The notes: a model not told the origin generated them from the letters alone. Shown: positions 50,431-63,300, counted from the first letter of the whole stretch. The stretch: DNA of 63,833 nt, filler included, from Asterionella formosa (GCA_002256025.1; 20 parts of 20 records of this genome joined end to end with filler, not necessarily neighbours in it), one strand, 5' to 3'. Program-made: numbers and translations.

Positions 50431-51173
50431 TAGCAGCATCAGGTACTCCGTACCACTTATTATGGTCTCCATACATAGATACTGGGATTACACGGCCGCA
50501 CCGGGTTTCATCAAATTTTATTTAGAGAATTATTATTGACAAGGTTATAGATAAGACGATAAAGTTATACCGGTTTTCATCGTTGCACACAATATAAGAT
50601 GAGAACTCAAAACTTGGGATAATCCGTGCTTTTCACTTTTTTTTCGATCGCCACTTTTGACCAAAATTAACGAAAGATCGACGTCCAATCGGTTGAGAAC
50701 TAACAGTATGACTCCATCCGGTATATGCTCAAGATACATTCTGGAGCTTAAGAAATAGAAAATGAATGATTTTTCATAACAAAACGTGTTTTCCATACCG
50801 TCAGTGGGTCAATGCAGTTCGAAATTTTTCCCAGTGGGTCGTCAATCCAGTTTTTTAATGGGACCTGGAACCAGTACTACCAGGTACCAGTTACCTGGTA
50901 CCTATGTTTTCTTATGCATGCATCGTGTTGCGTCACGATGTAAACATACATGGCTTTCACACATGCAAAAATGCTACCTACATGTGGAGATATTATGATT
51001 GGCTGAACCCCCAATGTGGAGCGACTTGTGATGCGGAGGGTTCATGTGGAGTTACTACCGGTATATCCGTGGANNNNNNNNNNNNNNNNNNNNNNNNNNN
51101 NNNNNNNNNNNNNNNNNTTAATTAATTAANNNNNNNNNNNNNNNNNNNNNNNNNNNNNNNNNNNNNNNNNNNN

Positions 51174-52053
51174 CAGCGGGCTATGTAGTACGCTTCCTAC
51201 GCTGGAAAATGCCGGTGAAAACATGACCAGTCTAAGTATCGTCTGCACCACGCAGGGTATTCAGATTGAGTATACTGCCCCCCATACTCCTCAACAGAAC
51301 GGAGTCGTGGAACGAAATTTTGTGACGATACGAGACCGAGCATGTGCCTCCAATGTTCAGAGCAAAATTGTCAGACGAATACTAGGGGCTACTGTGGGCC
51401 AAGAGTGTCCACATGCACATGCGACTAACGAACTCTGTCGCTAACTCGAATACGGGAAAATGCCCCGATTGGCTTTTCTACGGCTTTCAGCCTAAGATTT
51501 ATCCTCACCTGATTCAGTTTGGCAGGGTGGGGTGGGCTACGATTCGGACGCCAAGGCAGAAACTAACCCCAAAAAGTGTCAAATGTGTCATGCTTGGATA
51601 CAGCCATGACCATGCCGGTGATACCTACCGCATGTACAACGTTACAACGAAAAAGGTCTTCAACACAAGAGACCTTAAATGGGCCGACTGGCATGGAAAT
51701 GCCAAACCCACAGCGGACATGGACGAAATCACCACAGACGGATCTGGTATAGACGAGGAATTCGACACTCCTACTAAACCTACCAACGCAATGCCTCCTG
51801 ACGAGCAAGGGGCTACTACACTACTACCAACGAAACAAGACGATCCCAGTACTCCCAAGGGAGTGAGCTTTGCAGATTCCGTCGCAGGTGGTATGAATAC
51901 GAACGAGCCTCGTACGAATAATGCTACGAAATCTACAAAGCTCGATCGAGAAATGAATAGGCTATCAACAGGCTTTGTGACCTCACCTACTCCTACTCGT
52001 GCAGGCACACGTCAGCAATCATCCGCAGCACGCACGCTAATATTGGATGATGA
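51174..52053 (+). pseudogene. Copia integrase C-terminus and linker (related to family B), frameshifted and interrupted
   Basis: YTAPHTPQQNGVVER; QFGRVGWAT..KCVMLGYSHDH..YRMYN parallels ~30020-30460; RT is absent downstream. Confidence 0.9.
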
Positions 52054-54258
52054 TGTCAATATTCATGATTGTTCTACTAAGTGAGTGGAGTTGAGTTGTC
52101 AGTTGAGAATTGAATGTCGAACAACACAATGAATATCTAAATACAAATTTGGGAAGAGAACCTTAATAATTGGTCATGTGAATGATTACAAGATAGATCA
52201 AATAAGCTCACAATAAGGTGGGATTAGAACAGAAGGTTTTAATACACTGAGCTTGTCTAGAAAGAGCTAGCATTGCAGTCAGACTGCAGAAGAATTTAAC
52301 ATGCTTGCAAGCGGATCAACTTCGTTTTGCAACATGACTGAAGACAAAGGTGAGACCATTCGCCTTGTGAAGTTTGATGGCGAGGACGCCAATTGGCATG
52401 AGTGGAGTGTGAAGACACTTGCACCAGCCAAGACAAGAGGATTCAAGAATGCCTACATGAAGGATACCAATCCATGAAGCGATGCTGTCTACGAAACCAC
52501 AGAGAAAAACGATGTCAAGAAAATCTACGAGATGAACGACCGCGCATACCAGCTTCCAATTATGAGTTGCACTGGGATTGCGTTTGGTTTGGTTAACCAA
52601 GCCAAGACAAAGAATCATCAAGACGGCGATGCATTCCTTGCTTGGACCTACCTCAAGGCTCACTATGTTCCTAATGCTACAAGCGAATTAATCCAACTGT
52701 CAGGACAGTTCAACAAGTGCATCTGTGAGGGGAAGACGCAAGACCCAGACGAGTGGTTCATCCAACTCGAGTTGTTGAGGAATCGAATGGCAATAATTGA
52801 TTCCGCTTACGAAAAGAAGGATCTCGAGATGATTGCCCACATACTTGACAAACTACCTAAGGAGTACTCAGAAGTGGTAACAATGGTTGAGGCTATGCCC
52901 TCCCTAACACTAGAAGACCTTAAGGCCAAGATACGTGCGTTCTTCAAACGCAAGTTTAAGAACGAAAAGTCGGATGGCGAACTTGCTCTTGCTGCCTTTG
53001 GAACTAAGTTCAAAGGACTCTGCCGCTCTTGCGGCAAGCAATGACACAAGGCAGCCGATTGTCGAGTCAAGAACAAGACACACGGCGACGGAAACAGGCC
53101 TCCTACGAAAGGCGTCAAGTGTTTCAATTGCAACAAGCATGCCGGACATATCGCAAAAAATTGCCCTGAACCCAAACGAGAACGTACTACAACGAAAGAG
53201 ACCGGCATGTTTGTTGGCATGTGTACGATTGACTACGAAGACATCGAAGCAAACGAAAAGAAACAAGATATGAATGACAAGTACAACGAGAACGACGATA
53301 AAGAGTGGACTTTTGTCGGTATTTGCGAGGAAATTATTGATGATTGTGATGTAAAATTTAATAATAAAGAGTTTTGTGACTCTGCTGTTGCTCCTCGCTC
53401 TATTGCCCTACAGGAGAATTGGGTCGCTGATACTGGAGCTACCGCCCATATCACAATGAGTGACGTCGGTATGACAAATGTACGCCCAGTCAGTGTCACA
53501 GTTGTCGTCGGCGATGGCTCGGAAATCAAATGCACAAAACGCGGTGACATCAAGCTCACCAACGGAGAGAAGACTATGACATTGAAGGATGTCCTGTACA
53601 CGCCCAAGTTTCACAAGAACATCGTCAGTTTGGGCGTCCTAATCCGCGACGGTTTTGACCTTTCAGTCACAGGGTCTACAATGACAGTTAAGAAAGGTCG
53701 TGGAGGACATATTTCGTTTACCAGAGAGACCAATGGAGTTCTCTATTATGTTAAAGAAAGTTGCGCGAGTTATGCCGATGTCATATCCATGATTATTGCC
53801 CCATTGTCCCAGGGGGCTGATAGTACCAAAATCTTGTCTACAAACACCCATACAGTTATGAGTGGGGAGGACAAAATGAAGTCACAGGATATCAACCAGG
53901 CACACGATATCTACGGGCATATTGGGGAAGCCGCACTACGTGCTACGTTCAAAGCACTGAAGATAGAACTTTCTGGTACCCTCCGGTCATGTGACGGATG
54001 CTCTAAGGCAAAGGCGAAAGCAAAAGCAGTTTCAAAAGTGTCGACTGTACAGGCCGAAAAACACGGTGAACGGATTTTCGTGGACACTTCAGGGCCGTAC
54101 AAAAAGTCCATTGTGGGAAGCAATTACTGGATACTTGTGGTCGATCAATTCTCTGGAAAGTCATGGAGTTTTTTTGTTAAGAAGAAGAATTTACTATCCA
54201 AAATTGTGGACGAGCTACTTATCAAGCTATTTGCAGCAAAATATGTCATCAAGTATCT
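52054..54258 (+). mobile_element. Nested copia: LTR-like/leader segment, then gag-PR-INT from ATG 52334 with two in-frame TGA
   Basis: KFDG...W.EW gag start, CCHC knuckles, WVADTGAT, FVDTSGP; stops at 52475 and 53042; LTR boundaries uncertain. Confidence 0.88.
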
Positions 54259-54667
54259 NNNNNNNNNNNNNNNNNNNNNNNNNNNNNNNNNNNNNNNNNN
54301 NNTTAATTAATTAANNNNNNNNNNNNNNNNNNNNNNNNNNNNNNNNNNNNNNNNNNNNAAATTACTTAGAAGTACCCGAATGGCAAGACGATAGCTGGAG
54401 CGGGAATTGCTAGTACACTAGCTTTCACTACGGTCTTAAAAGGTTGCACTGGGGGTTGAATTTTTTTTCATGTACCACCCTGGTAGGTACCGTAAATTAG
54501 GGTGGGACTGATGTTGAAATCAGTTGGAACCATAAATAATGATAGATACGTCGCAAAAGGGCCACACACCACTCCACTCACCTAAGGTCATTGGCTTAAA
54601 GTGTGACGAGCCATTGCTCTCCTGCTTTCTCGTCTACTGATAGTAGTCTTTCGCTTTGCCAGAAACA

Positions 54668-55564
54668 ATGATGCACCGGAATTGCGTTCTCGTTTGGTTG
54701 GCGTGGCTCGGTACCGAATCCTCTGCCTTCGCGCCACTTCCCCGTTTCTTCAGTCGACACAACCTTGACTCCAAGACTAATACAGCTCTCTCCATGGGAA
54801 AAGGCCTGAACAAGGCGAAAAACTCGCAAGCCGATCTCGCCAAAAAAATGGCGTTGGCGAAACAACAGCGTGATGGCGCCGATCTCTCGGAGCCAGTCAA
54901 ATTGGCGGACATAACAACTGCCAAGCTATCGGACGAAGAAATCAAGAAAAGGAACGATATGCTTCGATTCGACCAACTCTTGAAGACTGCTGGATCGGTT
55001 ATGAACGATTTCTCGGGTGACAACTATCTTACAAAGCAGCAAGAAGAGGAAGAAATCAATGCCGCTAGATCTGGGGCAGATTTGCTGTTTGTTGGTGACC
55101 CGGCTCCAACCCAATGCTTTGAAGAACTCGTGTCTGTCAAATCAGAAAAGACAATTGGATCGAGTGGGGCATCAAGATTGGTGCCATGGTTGCGAAAAAA
55201 TGAATCGCGGCGACGTGAGTATTTGATCATTATCACTGATCCAAGAATGAAGTCGCCTGAATTGAGACAAACAATGAAAACCCTCCTCGTTGACCTATCT
55301 GAAGATATTCTATCACGTCTGATTGTTGTGAATGCCGACAGTCCGTCTGAGAATCGACGATGGATCAAAAACACTGGCGAATTTGACGTATATTGTGACG
55401 AAAAGATGGAGTGGATGCGAGCGTACAGCGCCCTTGGCACGAAGCGTTGGTCCATAACTGTATTTGTAGTGGCAGATGAACAAATTCAAAAGCTTGCGAG
55501 AGAAGTGGACGCTGTGCAGGTATCACAGACAATCAAGAACATGGTAAAGTCATTCAAAGTATAG
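54668..55564 (+). CDS. Plastid-targeted protein with a C-terminal thioredoxin/AhpC-TSA-like fold
   Basis: Signal peptide with SSA|FAP (ASAFAP motif); GDPAP, IVVNADSPSENRRW, YCD..WMRAYSAL; no redox CxxC. Confidence 0.78.
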   Translation: MMHRNCVLVWLAWLGTESSAFAPLPRFFSRHNLDSKTNTALSMGKGLNKAKNSQADLAKKMALAKQQRDGADLSEPVKLADITTAKLSDEEIKKRNDMLRFDQLLKTAGSVMNDFSGDNYLTKQQEEEEINAARSGADLLFVGDPAPTQCFEELVSVKSEKTIGSSGASRLVPWLRKNESRRREYLIIITDPRMKSPELRQTMKTLLVDLSEDILSRLIVVNADSPSENRRWIKNTGEFDVYCDEKMEWMRAYSALGTKRWSITVFVVADEQIQKLAREVDAVQVSQTIKNMVKSFKV

Positions 55565-55865
55565 TGCATAATTGAGTGTGGAGAATCGATCAGTATATTT
55601 TTCAATGCCGGCGAGATAAGTTTCCCGTCATAGTCATTTATAAATGGATATCTTGCTATGCCAGATAGGGAAATTCCTTTGTTGTAAAGTTCCCTGGCTT
55701 GATAAATTATTTCTAGGAGTCAATTTGTGTTGCTTGCTCATGATATTTTTGGGCGACGAAAGTAGAACATGGACTGATAGGCAAAACAGTTGTGGAGATG
55801 GTAACAAAGTAGGTTTAATCCGATGAGACATGTCGAAATGCGGTTATAGCTTTCTTTTCTTACGA

Positions 55866-56912
55866 CTAGCGCCCACCAAATGCATCGGCTTGGTCGTTGA
55901 TTTGAAGATTTGAATAAAACCCTGCTGACGACATTTCTGAGTTCGCACGGCCGCGATTCCAAGCACGAAGAAGCCGTTCAATCTCGAGATCAGATAATGG
56001 ATACTCGACACTATCCGACTGTCGATACTTAGCATTGAATCGTCGGAAGGCACGGACAACTTCATTTCTATGGCAATTTCCCCCAGGTAGCAAACGCTTT
56101 TTAGCGAATTCTGCAAATTCCTCTTCGAGTTCAGTCGACCGTGAGTCTTCCTCCCTAGTCAATTTCTTTTCACCGGAAGCGATCCGACCCAGCTCCAAAG
56201 AGCCTGCTCCGATGAAGGTGACAGCTGCCAACTGCAAACTGACATTCGCTTCCCCTTCAGATAGCAGCAAGACCAGTCGGTCGGTGGCAATTCCCAGGAG
56301 AAAGAAAAAACCGCCCAACACAGCCAATACAGCAAATGGGGGCGAGGCAAATAAGCCTTCATTCCGATCTTGAAGCCACTTTTCCTTCGTCTCGTCGTAC
56401 AAGATATTCGAAATAGGCGTCACCAGGGGATTTGATCTTGAACCGCCTAGTAGCCACAGGGATGCACCCCACATTGCTGAGGTAAAAACATCCTTGGGGC
56501 CTCGAAAGATCAAAGGGCTTTGTCCGACAAAGTCCATGCCTTGTTGCTTCTTCAATTCTTTTGCCTTCATTTTCGCTTGACGCATTTGACTGAGATCTAT
56601 GTCCCCTTCCTTAAACCCCAGTTCAGTTGGAAAGACTTTTTCATAAGCAGAAGCTGGCTGACTAAGTTGCAAAATGCTTGCTAGGCCTAGAGTGGTAGAA
56701 CCCAATACTGACTTGAGCAGTTTTCGTCGGCTAATAATATCGGTACTCTCATTTCCTGTGTGAATTGGATCTGTTTGCTTCACTTCTGAAATGGATTTCG
56801 AATAAGAAAAATTAGATCTTCCATTGACACTCTGAAATACGATCGACCTTGACGTAGATACCATAGATGCGAGGACAAACGTGAATCTTACTGCTTTTCG
56901 CCGCGCCCTCAT
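55866..56912 (-). CDS. Probable thylakoid membrane protein with a Tat-type signal, function unknown
   Basis: Signal/transit-like N-terminus, SRRKLL..hydrophobic..PASA|YEK, then 2-3 TM segments. Confidence 0.7.
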   Translation of the reverse strand: MRARRKAVRFTFVLASMVSTSRSIVFQSVNGRSNFSYSKSISEVKQTDPIHTGNESTDIISRRKLLKSVLGSTTLGLASILQLSQPASAYEKVFPTELGFKEGDIDLSQMRQAKMKAKELKKQQGMDFVGQSPLIFRGPKDVFTSAMWGASLWLLGGSRSNPLVTPISNILYDETKEKWLQDRNEGLFASPPFAVLAVLGGFFFLLGIATDRLVLLLSEGEANVSLQLAAVTFIGAGSLELGRIASGEKKLTREEDSRSTELEEEFAEFAKKRLLPGGNCHRNEVVRAFRRFNAKYRQSDSVEYPLSDLEIERLLRAWNRGRANSEMSSAGFYSNLQINDQADAFGGR

Positions 56913-57647
56913 GCTGTTCTCAACGTGGGTTTCTATTTTGTATCGAGGGCAGCTCTTCTCAGTTTGTCTTTCCCGCAAAAGTATGTCGCGGTGGGATTTT
57001 CAATAAATAACCAAAAGCACTCTGCAACAGGAATGGCAGTGGCAAAGAACAGGATAATCAAGAAGAAGCAAATGCCTTTGCGAGGCAAACAAAACATGGA
57101 ATGCTGAACATAAGAAACCACCGACGGTGGAGACTACCTGGACCAGGTACCTGGTACCTGCGAGTACATGCATTTTGTTTTGTACTCAGGCCGTTGCTAA
57201 CCGTTGACCCAAATCAAAACCCAAAAACTTTTTTTTGGATTGGTTTTGGTTTTGGTCAACTGACGAAAAAACGATGCTATCGGTTTTTGGGAAATCCTAA
57301 ATGCTGTCAAACACCCATCTACAGTTGGTAGATGCTACGTATCTGTAGCTCTCACGCAGTAAAATTTGCTAGAAAAAATGTTTCTACACAATTTGTTTGT
57401 TTTACTTTGTTTGCTAATAATTGTTTTTATAAAAGAGTGAGCTTAATGNNNNNNNNNNNNNNNNNNNNNNNNNNNNNNNNNNNNNNNNNNNNTTAATTAA
57501 TTAANNNNNNNNNNNNNNNNNNNNNNNNNNNNNNNNNNNNNNNNNNNNCATTCATTTTTCATCAACGACACCATTCATCATATGATCAATATGTTATGAT
57601 CAAAGTTATAGAATAAACAAATCTAAATTCATTGATTAAAGATCATA

Positions 57648-58028
57648 CCGTATACTTCATTGTCCTGGACCCCCCTGAGGTTGCTGGACCCCCCAGTACA
57701 TTTTTTTCTAGGTGGCACCAAACCCCCAATAATTTTCTAGACATAGACAAAGTAACGTGTTATAATTCTGAATTTTGTGGCGGAAATTGAATGACGCTAC
57801 CATTATAAACTACCAGTAATATCGGTATTACCTATGCATACCACATATTAATCATGTCAACAACAAGATCAGCAACAATCAACAGCCGCCGAGATGGGGA
57901 TTTGCTTGGACTGAATGCTTCCAGCAATGGGCGCTCATGTGAGCAACATGAATGCTGCGGGAAAGCGGTTAAGGCTGATGATGTGATCAGGTTCAAGCTG
58001 GCTGTTGTGGAGGATGTATTGGGCAAGC
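57648..58028 (+). mobile_element. Left end of a TA|CCGTA TIR element with an ORF start at 57854, interrupted by a copia LTR
   Basis: Terminus identical to 15452; internal repeat of CTGGACCCCCC; ORF DGDLLGLNASSNGRSCEQHECCG..DDVIRFK. Confidence 0.65.
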
Positions 58029-58446
58029 TGAGGGAAACCACCGAATATCAAATACAAATAAAGGTAGTTTAATAACCAATAAGATAGGATCAATATCGAA
58101 CGAATCTATTTTAGTTACATGAGATAGTATTGTCATTTCCACAAAAGGCAACTCATCAACCATTAGTTGGATCGCTCACAAAACGGCAACAAAAGAAAAC
58201 CGGGAACATTCGAATATACATGAATGACACCTGTAACATCGCCCATACCACCTCTCTAATCGATACTGATATCGCCACCAAACATTGTCAAGGAGGACCC
58301 AGCAGCAAAGATGGAAAAGGCATTGGCATCTGAAGCAAGTTACAAATCGAATCCAACAACAACCGAAAACAAACCCGGAAACCCATCAGATACTTTCATA
58401 CCGGGATCGTACGACTATTCACCCGTAGGAACTTCGAATATTCTCA
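58029..58446 (-). mobile_element. 3' LTR (~418 bp) of copia family C
   Basis: On the minus strand it follows the PPT AATAAGGGAGTG and runs TGAG...CTCA; its end coincides with the break in the upstream ORF. Confidence 0.68.
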
Positions 58447-58492
58447 CACTCCCTTATTCGAGCAGACAACTTGCGCAACATACACGTACAGG

Positions 58493-60638
58493 TCACCAGC
58501 GCTGCAACGATTTGCGATGGCGCAGAAAAGTCATAAGTGGGAGTGGCTTGGTGAACATATCAGCCACCTGATCCTCCGTGTCGACATGCTCAATGCGGAT
58601 AATTTTGCGCCGGACATGATCACGAAAGTGATGGTACTTGATATTGATATGCTTGGTACGTGGGCGCATTTTCGGCGTACGAGCCAATTCGAGCGCCCCA
58701 GAATTATCTTCAAACAGGGTACACTGAACTGCAGGCACAGCAAGCACAGCAGGATCAAGTTTCTGCTGAATCTCCGTCAACAGACGCATCAGTGGGATTG
58801 CGTCACGCAGCGATTGGCTAAGACACACATACTCTGCCTCCGTGGTGGACATAGCAACCTCTGTCTGTAGCTTGGAGGCCCACATGATCGGACAGGATGC
58901 ACATGTGATTGCATACCCAGACCGTGATTTCGCCGTCATCGAATCACTAACACTTGTTTCTTTATTCCAATTGCCACAGAAATCGGCGTCTGCCCAAACA
59001 ACAAATGAATGATCATCCGGAAGCAGGATTATTCCCTGATTGGCAGTGCCAATCAAATATCGGACAATGTTCCGCACAGCCACAGTGTGGGAGGCCTTGG
59101 GATTAGCGGAGAATCGAGCGCATTGATGAACCGCATACACAATATCCGGTCGAGTGGACTTTTCCAAGAAATTAAGCTTCCCAATAATGGATCGGTAGGA
59201 CCAGTGCTCAGCAAAATCCTCACCATCAATGCCTCGCTGCAGAATGACCGTAGAGGATGCGGGAACTCCCTTGGATTTCGTGGTATTCGTAAAGCCAATG
59301 TCACTGGCAATGGCCGCTATGAGGTGGGGTTGGCTGTGTAAGGGAAATTGAGTTCGAATCAGCAGACAGCGTCACCTTGATCCCTAAGTAGTCGGAGATA
59401 TTCCCTTCATCTGTCGGTTGAAAACTAGCCCGCATGAGCTCAATGCATTCGTCAATCAGTCGAGCTTCTGGACTGATAACAATCCCATCATCCACATACA
59501 CCATGAATATAGTAACTCCTTTATAGAACACACACTCATCTGCTTCACTCTGTATAAATCCAATAGCCAGCAAACCTCTTTTCAAATGCTGCGACCAAGT
59601 TCTCCCAGCTTGCTTTTGTCTGTAAATGTTCGTCAGGATCTTGAGACAGTGGTCCGTTCGACCTCCCTTCGGCATCTCAAACCCATGTGGAATTTCCATG
59701 TACAAATCACACTCCACATCCGCTTGTGGGTAGGCCAGAGTAAAATCAATCTGCCTAGTACTCCAGCCATGCATCAGTGACAGCACAAGCAGTAACCGGA
59801 TAGGTGGCCGGGAAAGGGTGGCAGCATAGGTTTCCCAGTAATTAACTCCGTACTCTTGTTTACCACCATGTGAGTTCAACCTGGCTTTCCACTTATAGAC
59901 CTCCCTTGAGGCAATACGGCGTTTCCTTTTCATTGCCCACATGCACGGGAGGATCTTGGTCCCAAAAGGGACCGCTGACTTGGACACCACCTTCCAGTGA
60001 TGATTGTTATGATGGGCCATAACTTCAGCTTCCATAGCGGCTATAAATTGTTTCCTGTCTGGCTCCCTCAGAGCCTGGTTGGCGCGCAACGTGTCAGGGT
60101 CGGAGGTTTTGGCCACGAAAGCTATTGGATCATCCATCATGACTTGTAGTTGATATTCCTCATCACCATCTATGTCCTCAAGCACCGTAGAGGAGCATAG
60201 AAAACCCTGTTCCACGCTTTCTTGGAGTCGACGGGAAGGCTTGTGTCGCTGTAACCAACGCACTCCTGCCGCAGGAGGTGGGGAGTGATCCATCGGAAGA
60301 ATTTGAGGACCATCCGTCTGAGATTGGTGGGGAGAGGGCCCACCCTGGAGTACTACCTCCGGAGCGAGAGCGTAGTGGTGGTGGGGTATCGTATTCTCTT
60401 CCGGACCACCAACTGGGGGCGATAGGTCCGGGATCCTCGTCACCCCCTCCATCACTCTATCCACAATAGCACCAACTGGGGGCAATAGGTCCGGGATCCT
60501 CGTCACCCCCTCCATCAATCTATCCACAATAGCGGGGGGTAGGGTTGACTTGCGCCTGACTTGGCTACTGGAAAAATGAGTGGCCGAGAGCCATCCAGTC
60601 TCATAGGAGTCATCCCCTTTTCCAACGGTTTCGAACAT
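58493..60638 (-). pseudogene. Copia family C pol: linker, RT, RNase H, with a frameshift near 59320
   Basis: YKWKARLNSHGG, QIDFTLAY, YVDDGI, WADADFCG, STTEAEY, RPRTKHINIKYH, ADMFTKPL. Confidence 0.93.
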
Positions 60639-62149
60639 NNNNNNNNNNNNNNNNNNNNNNNNNNNNNNNNNNNNNNNNNNNNTTAATTAATTAANNNNNN
60701 NNNNNNNNNNNNNNNNNNNNNNNNNNNNNNNNNNNNNNCATTTGCAACAACCTCATTCCATTCCAATAAACTGAAGAATGTCATGAATTGCTTGAATATG
60801 TTAGGATGAAATCGACAATTTGGTCAGCATGGGCGGAAGCACACAACAATCAACAACATAGCTACACATTGCCAATGCAGCACGCCAGATATCATCTTGC
60901 TCATAGCGTTTAGCTGTCTTCGACACTGCTCTTTGAGAGAAATGACGGCTACTAGTTCCTGTTGTCATTGATGAATAATCAGTATGCTATAATTGTAATA
61001 TAATTGAATTGAATTAGAGCAACTATATATTTTAGAGAAGCATACAACGCACTCTCAAACTTGCTTCCGAGACATCATATCTGATCTTCACGTAAAAAAA
61101 CATACTAAACATATTTTTTTGAATAATAACTGAATCTAACGTCTGAAAATAGCACCAAAAATGTGACAACGATGGCGCGAAATTGACTCCTTAGTACCGG
61201 CGCAACACATGAATCTTGGTCCCAAAAAGTCCAATCAACGATATTATCAATGAGCAATCATCCGATTTGTGTCAGTAGTATCCAACAGATCGGATGATGA
61301 ATTCTGAGACTTTTTAAGATCAATTGAATTGGGAACAGCGATTTTGGCACCACTACGAAGAAGTACGGTAGGTATGATTTCATGACATGAATACCACAAG
61401 AAGACGAGTCATCCAACAACCAACCGCAAGACGAATCGCTACTGGCGTCATCAATGAACACATTTTGCTTCATATTAGGCATGATGGTCGATGATTGACT
61501 GTGTCAAAGCTGTATTTACGCTCTCACATTTGAGGAAACAAACAAAATCGATGTATATTGCAACATGTTGGTGAATACAAGATATATTATAGTCAAATCT
61601 GTAGAATATAGAAAATGGTTTCCTTAAGTAGACCCCTTCTTGCCGATTTCGGCAATCCCAGGGCTGGAAAACCGAGGTACAATTGGCGAAAATAGTCTTG
61701 CCGAAATGCGAAGAACATACGAAACATACAAAATATGTTTTAATGATGGACAATATTGGACCTTTGGCAAGATTTTATGTGAAGATAGGAAATCTACAAA
61801 TTATATTTTATATGATGATGGGCTATAGCAAGCTAAAAACGACATTTACGTTCCGGGTTATCAAGCAAAACAAAAGATCTCCGACTGAATTCAGAGCGCC
61901 TTCCAGCGAACACAACAAACTCAAATCACTCCTCCAACATTTACCTACTCCTTGCACCCATCGTTCCACACATGGGATCACTCTACCTGATCATGCTGAT
62001 GTGGTTTCAGTCTCTACTATTGACATTGCACACACATTGGAATGTGCTCTTCAAGGCCACCCTGATACCACTATTCATGACCACAATCCCATTCATGCAC
62101 TCATGATTTCGGCCATTAATCGCGCGAGAGTTCCTAATCCTCAGCAAAT

Positions 62150-63015
62150 ATGTCTCTTTCCTTGGTGTGGTGTCGGTCAAACATGACCCTCTCTGTTGTT
62201 GTATTTGTTTTGGTACTAGTAACCATAAAACGCCCGATTGTTGGCATCTCAATGGACTCTCAGACAACCGAAAAGAACTACTTGTCAAAGCACATTCTGC
62301 TAAAATTGCTCGGCTCCCTCCGTTTGATGCAACCCCTGCTCGACCTCCTCGCGGTTCTCTTGGTTGCTCTGGTCCACGAGACACCCCTCCAGCAAATACT
62401 CAACTCCTTACAGTTCAGGCTATTTCCACCATGCCTGAGGACAAAAATGCGGAGCCTACACACCTTCAGTCTGTCATAGATGATATACATATAACATCAA
62501 GAGAGAACATGTATAACCTAGATCCCCTGGACCTCGTGATATTGACAATGATCAGGTTATCACATCTTCCCCAGTTTATCACACAGACATGGTCGCTTTC
62601 GTTGCTCATATTCGTGATTCACACGAGGTTGTTGATGACTTAGCTCTGATAAACTCTGATCTCACTGAAGTTCTTACACATATCTCTTCCTCTCTACCGC
62701 TCTCCTCCACTTCCTCATCCACCACTGGTCTGGAATTTGCTGCGAATCTCCACGAAGGTGAAACTTTGATGCACCATGTGGACACTGGAGCAAATGGGAA
62801 TGTCACTTGCATGAGCAATGAATTACACAATGTTGTGAGCTCCACTGTACTATGCCAGACTGCTAAACTTGGTGATGCTGATAAAGTTGGATACATGTGC
62901 ACACTTTTTCCATGTTTCATTTCCTCAGATAGAACTGTTGAACTGGAGGTATCACTTCCCAACACGGTGGAAATGCCACACTATCGACGGCACTCCCTCA
63001 GTATTCATGCTCTCA
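62150..63015 (+). pseudogene. Decayed LTR-retrotransposon gag-protease remnant
   Basis: CCICFGTSNHKTPDC knuckle and an HVDTGAN aspartic-protease-like motif; frameshifted. Confidence 0.55.
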
Positions 63016-63074
63016 ATATGAGGCTGATCATCTTCTTCGTCACACCAGCATTACCAGTCATACAACGATTCATT

Positions 63075-63300
63075 TTCAAAATGCTACCTCCAGGAATAGC
63101 CAAAGCAAATGATCCTCGGTTGGCAATGGCAGAGTTGGCGGCGGATACAACAATGTCCCGAATTTTGTGGCCCACAGCCGCTGGATCGGGATGTGCACGT
63201 TCCTCAGAAGCATTTCGCGTTGGATGCCATTCGACGCATTCTCCACACGGATCCAATACCTCAACAAGTGTTGATTTTTGCTGGAAATGGCCGTCATTGG
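63075..63300 (-). pseudogene. 6-phosphogluconolactonase N-terminal fragment
   Basis: VGHKIRDIVVSAANSAIANRGSFALAIPGGSILKM; the rest of the domain is missing. Confidence 0.6.

Noticed and set aside
52213..52229. AGGTGGGATTAGAAC as a PBS complementary to a tRNA T-arm
   Set aside because: Mismatched, no TGG start, and the LTR end is undefined.
52475..53044. Two in-frame TGA as programmed readthrough or an alternative genetic code
   Set aside because: One replaces the conserved Gly of a CCHC knuckle (GGA>TGA), the related element at 28816-31910 is open, and host genes end in TGA.
3107..60738. Regularly spaced TTAATTAATTAA with ~3.2-kb period, and ORFs ending in X..LIN
   Set aside because: Artificial concatenation linkers between similar-sized contigs; not biological.
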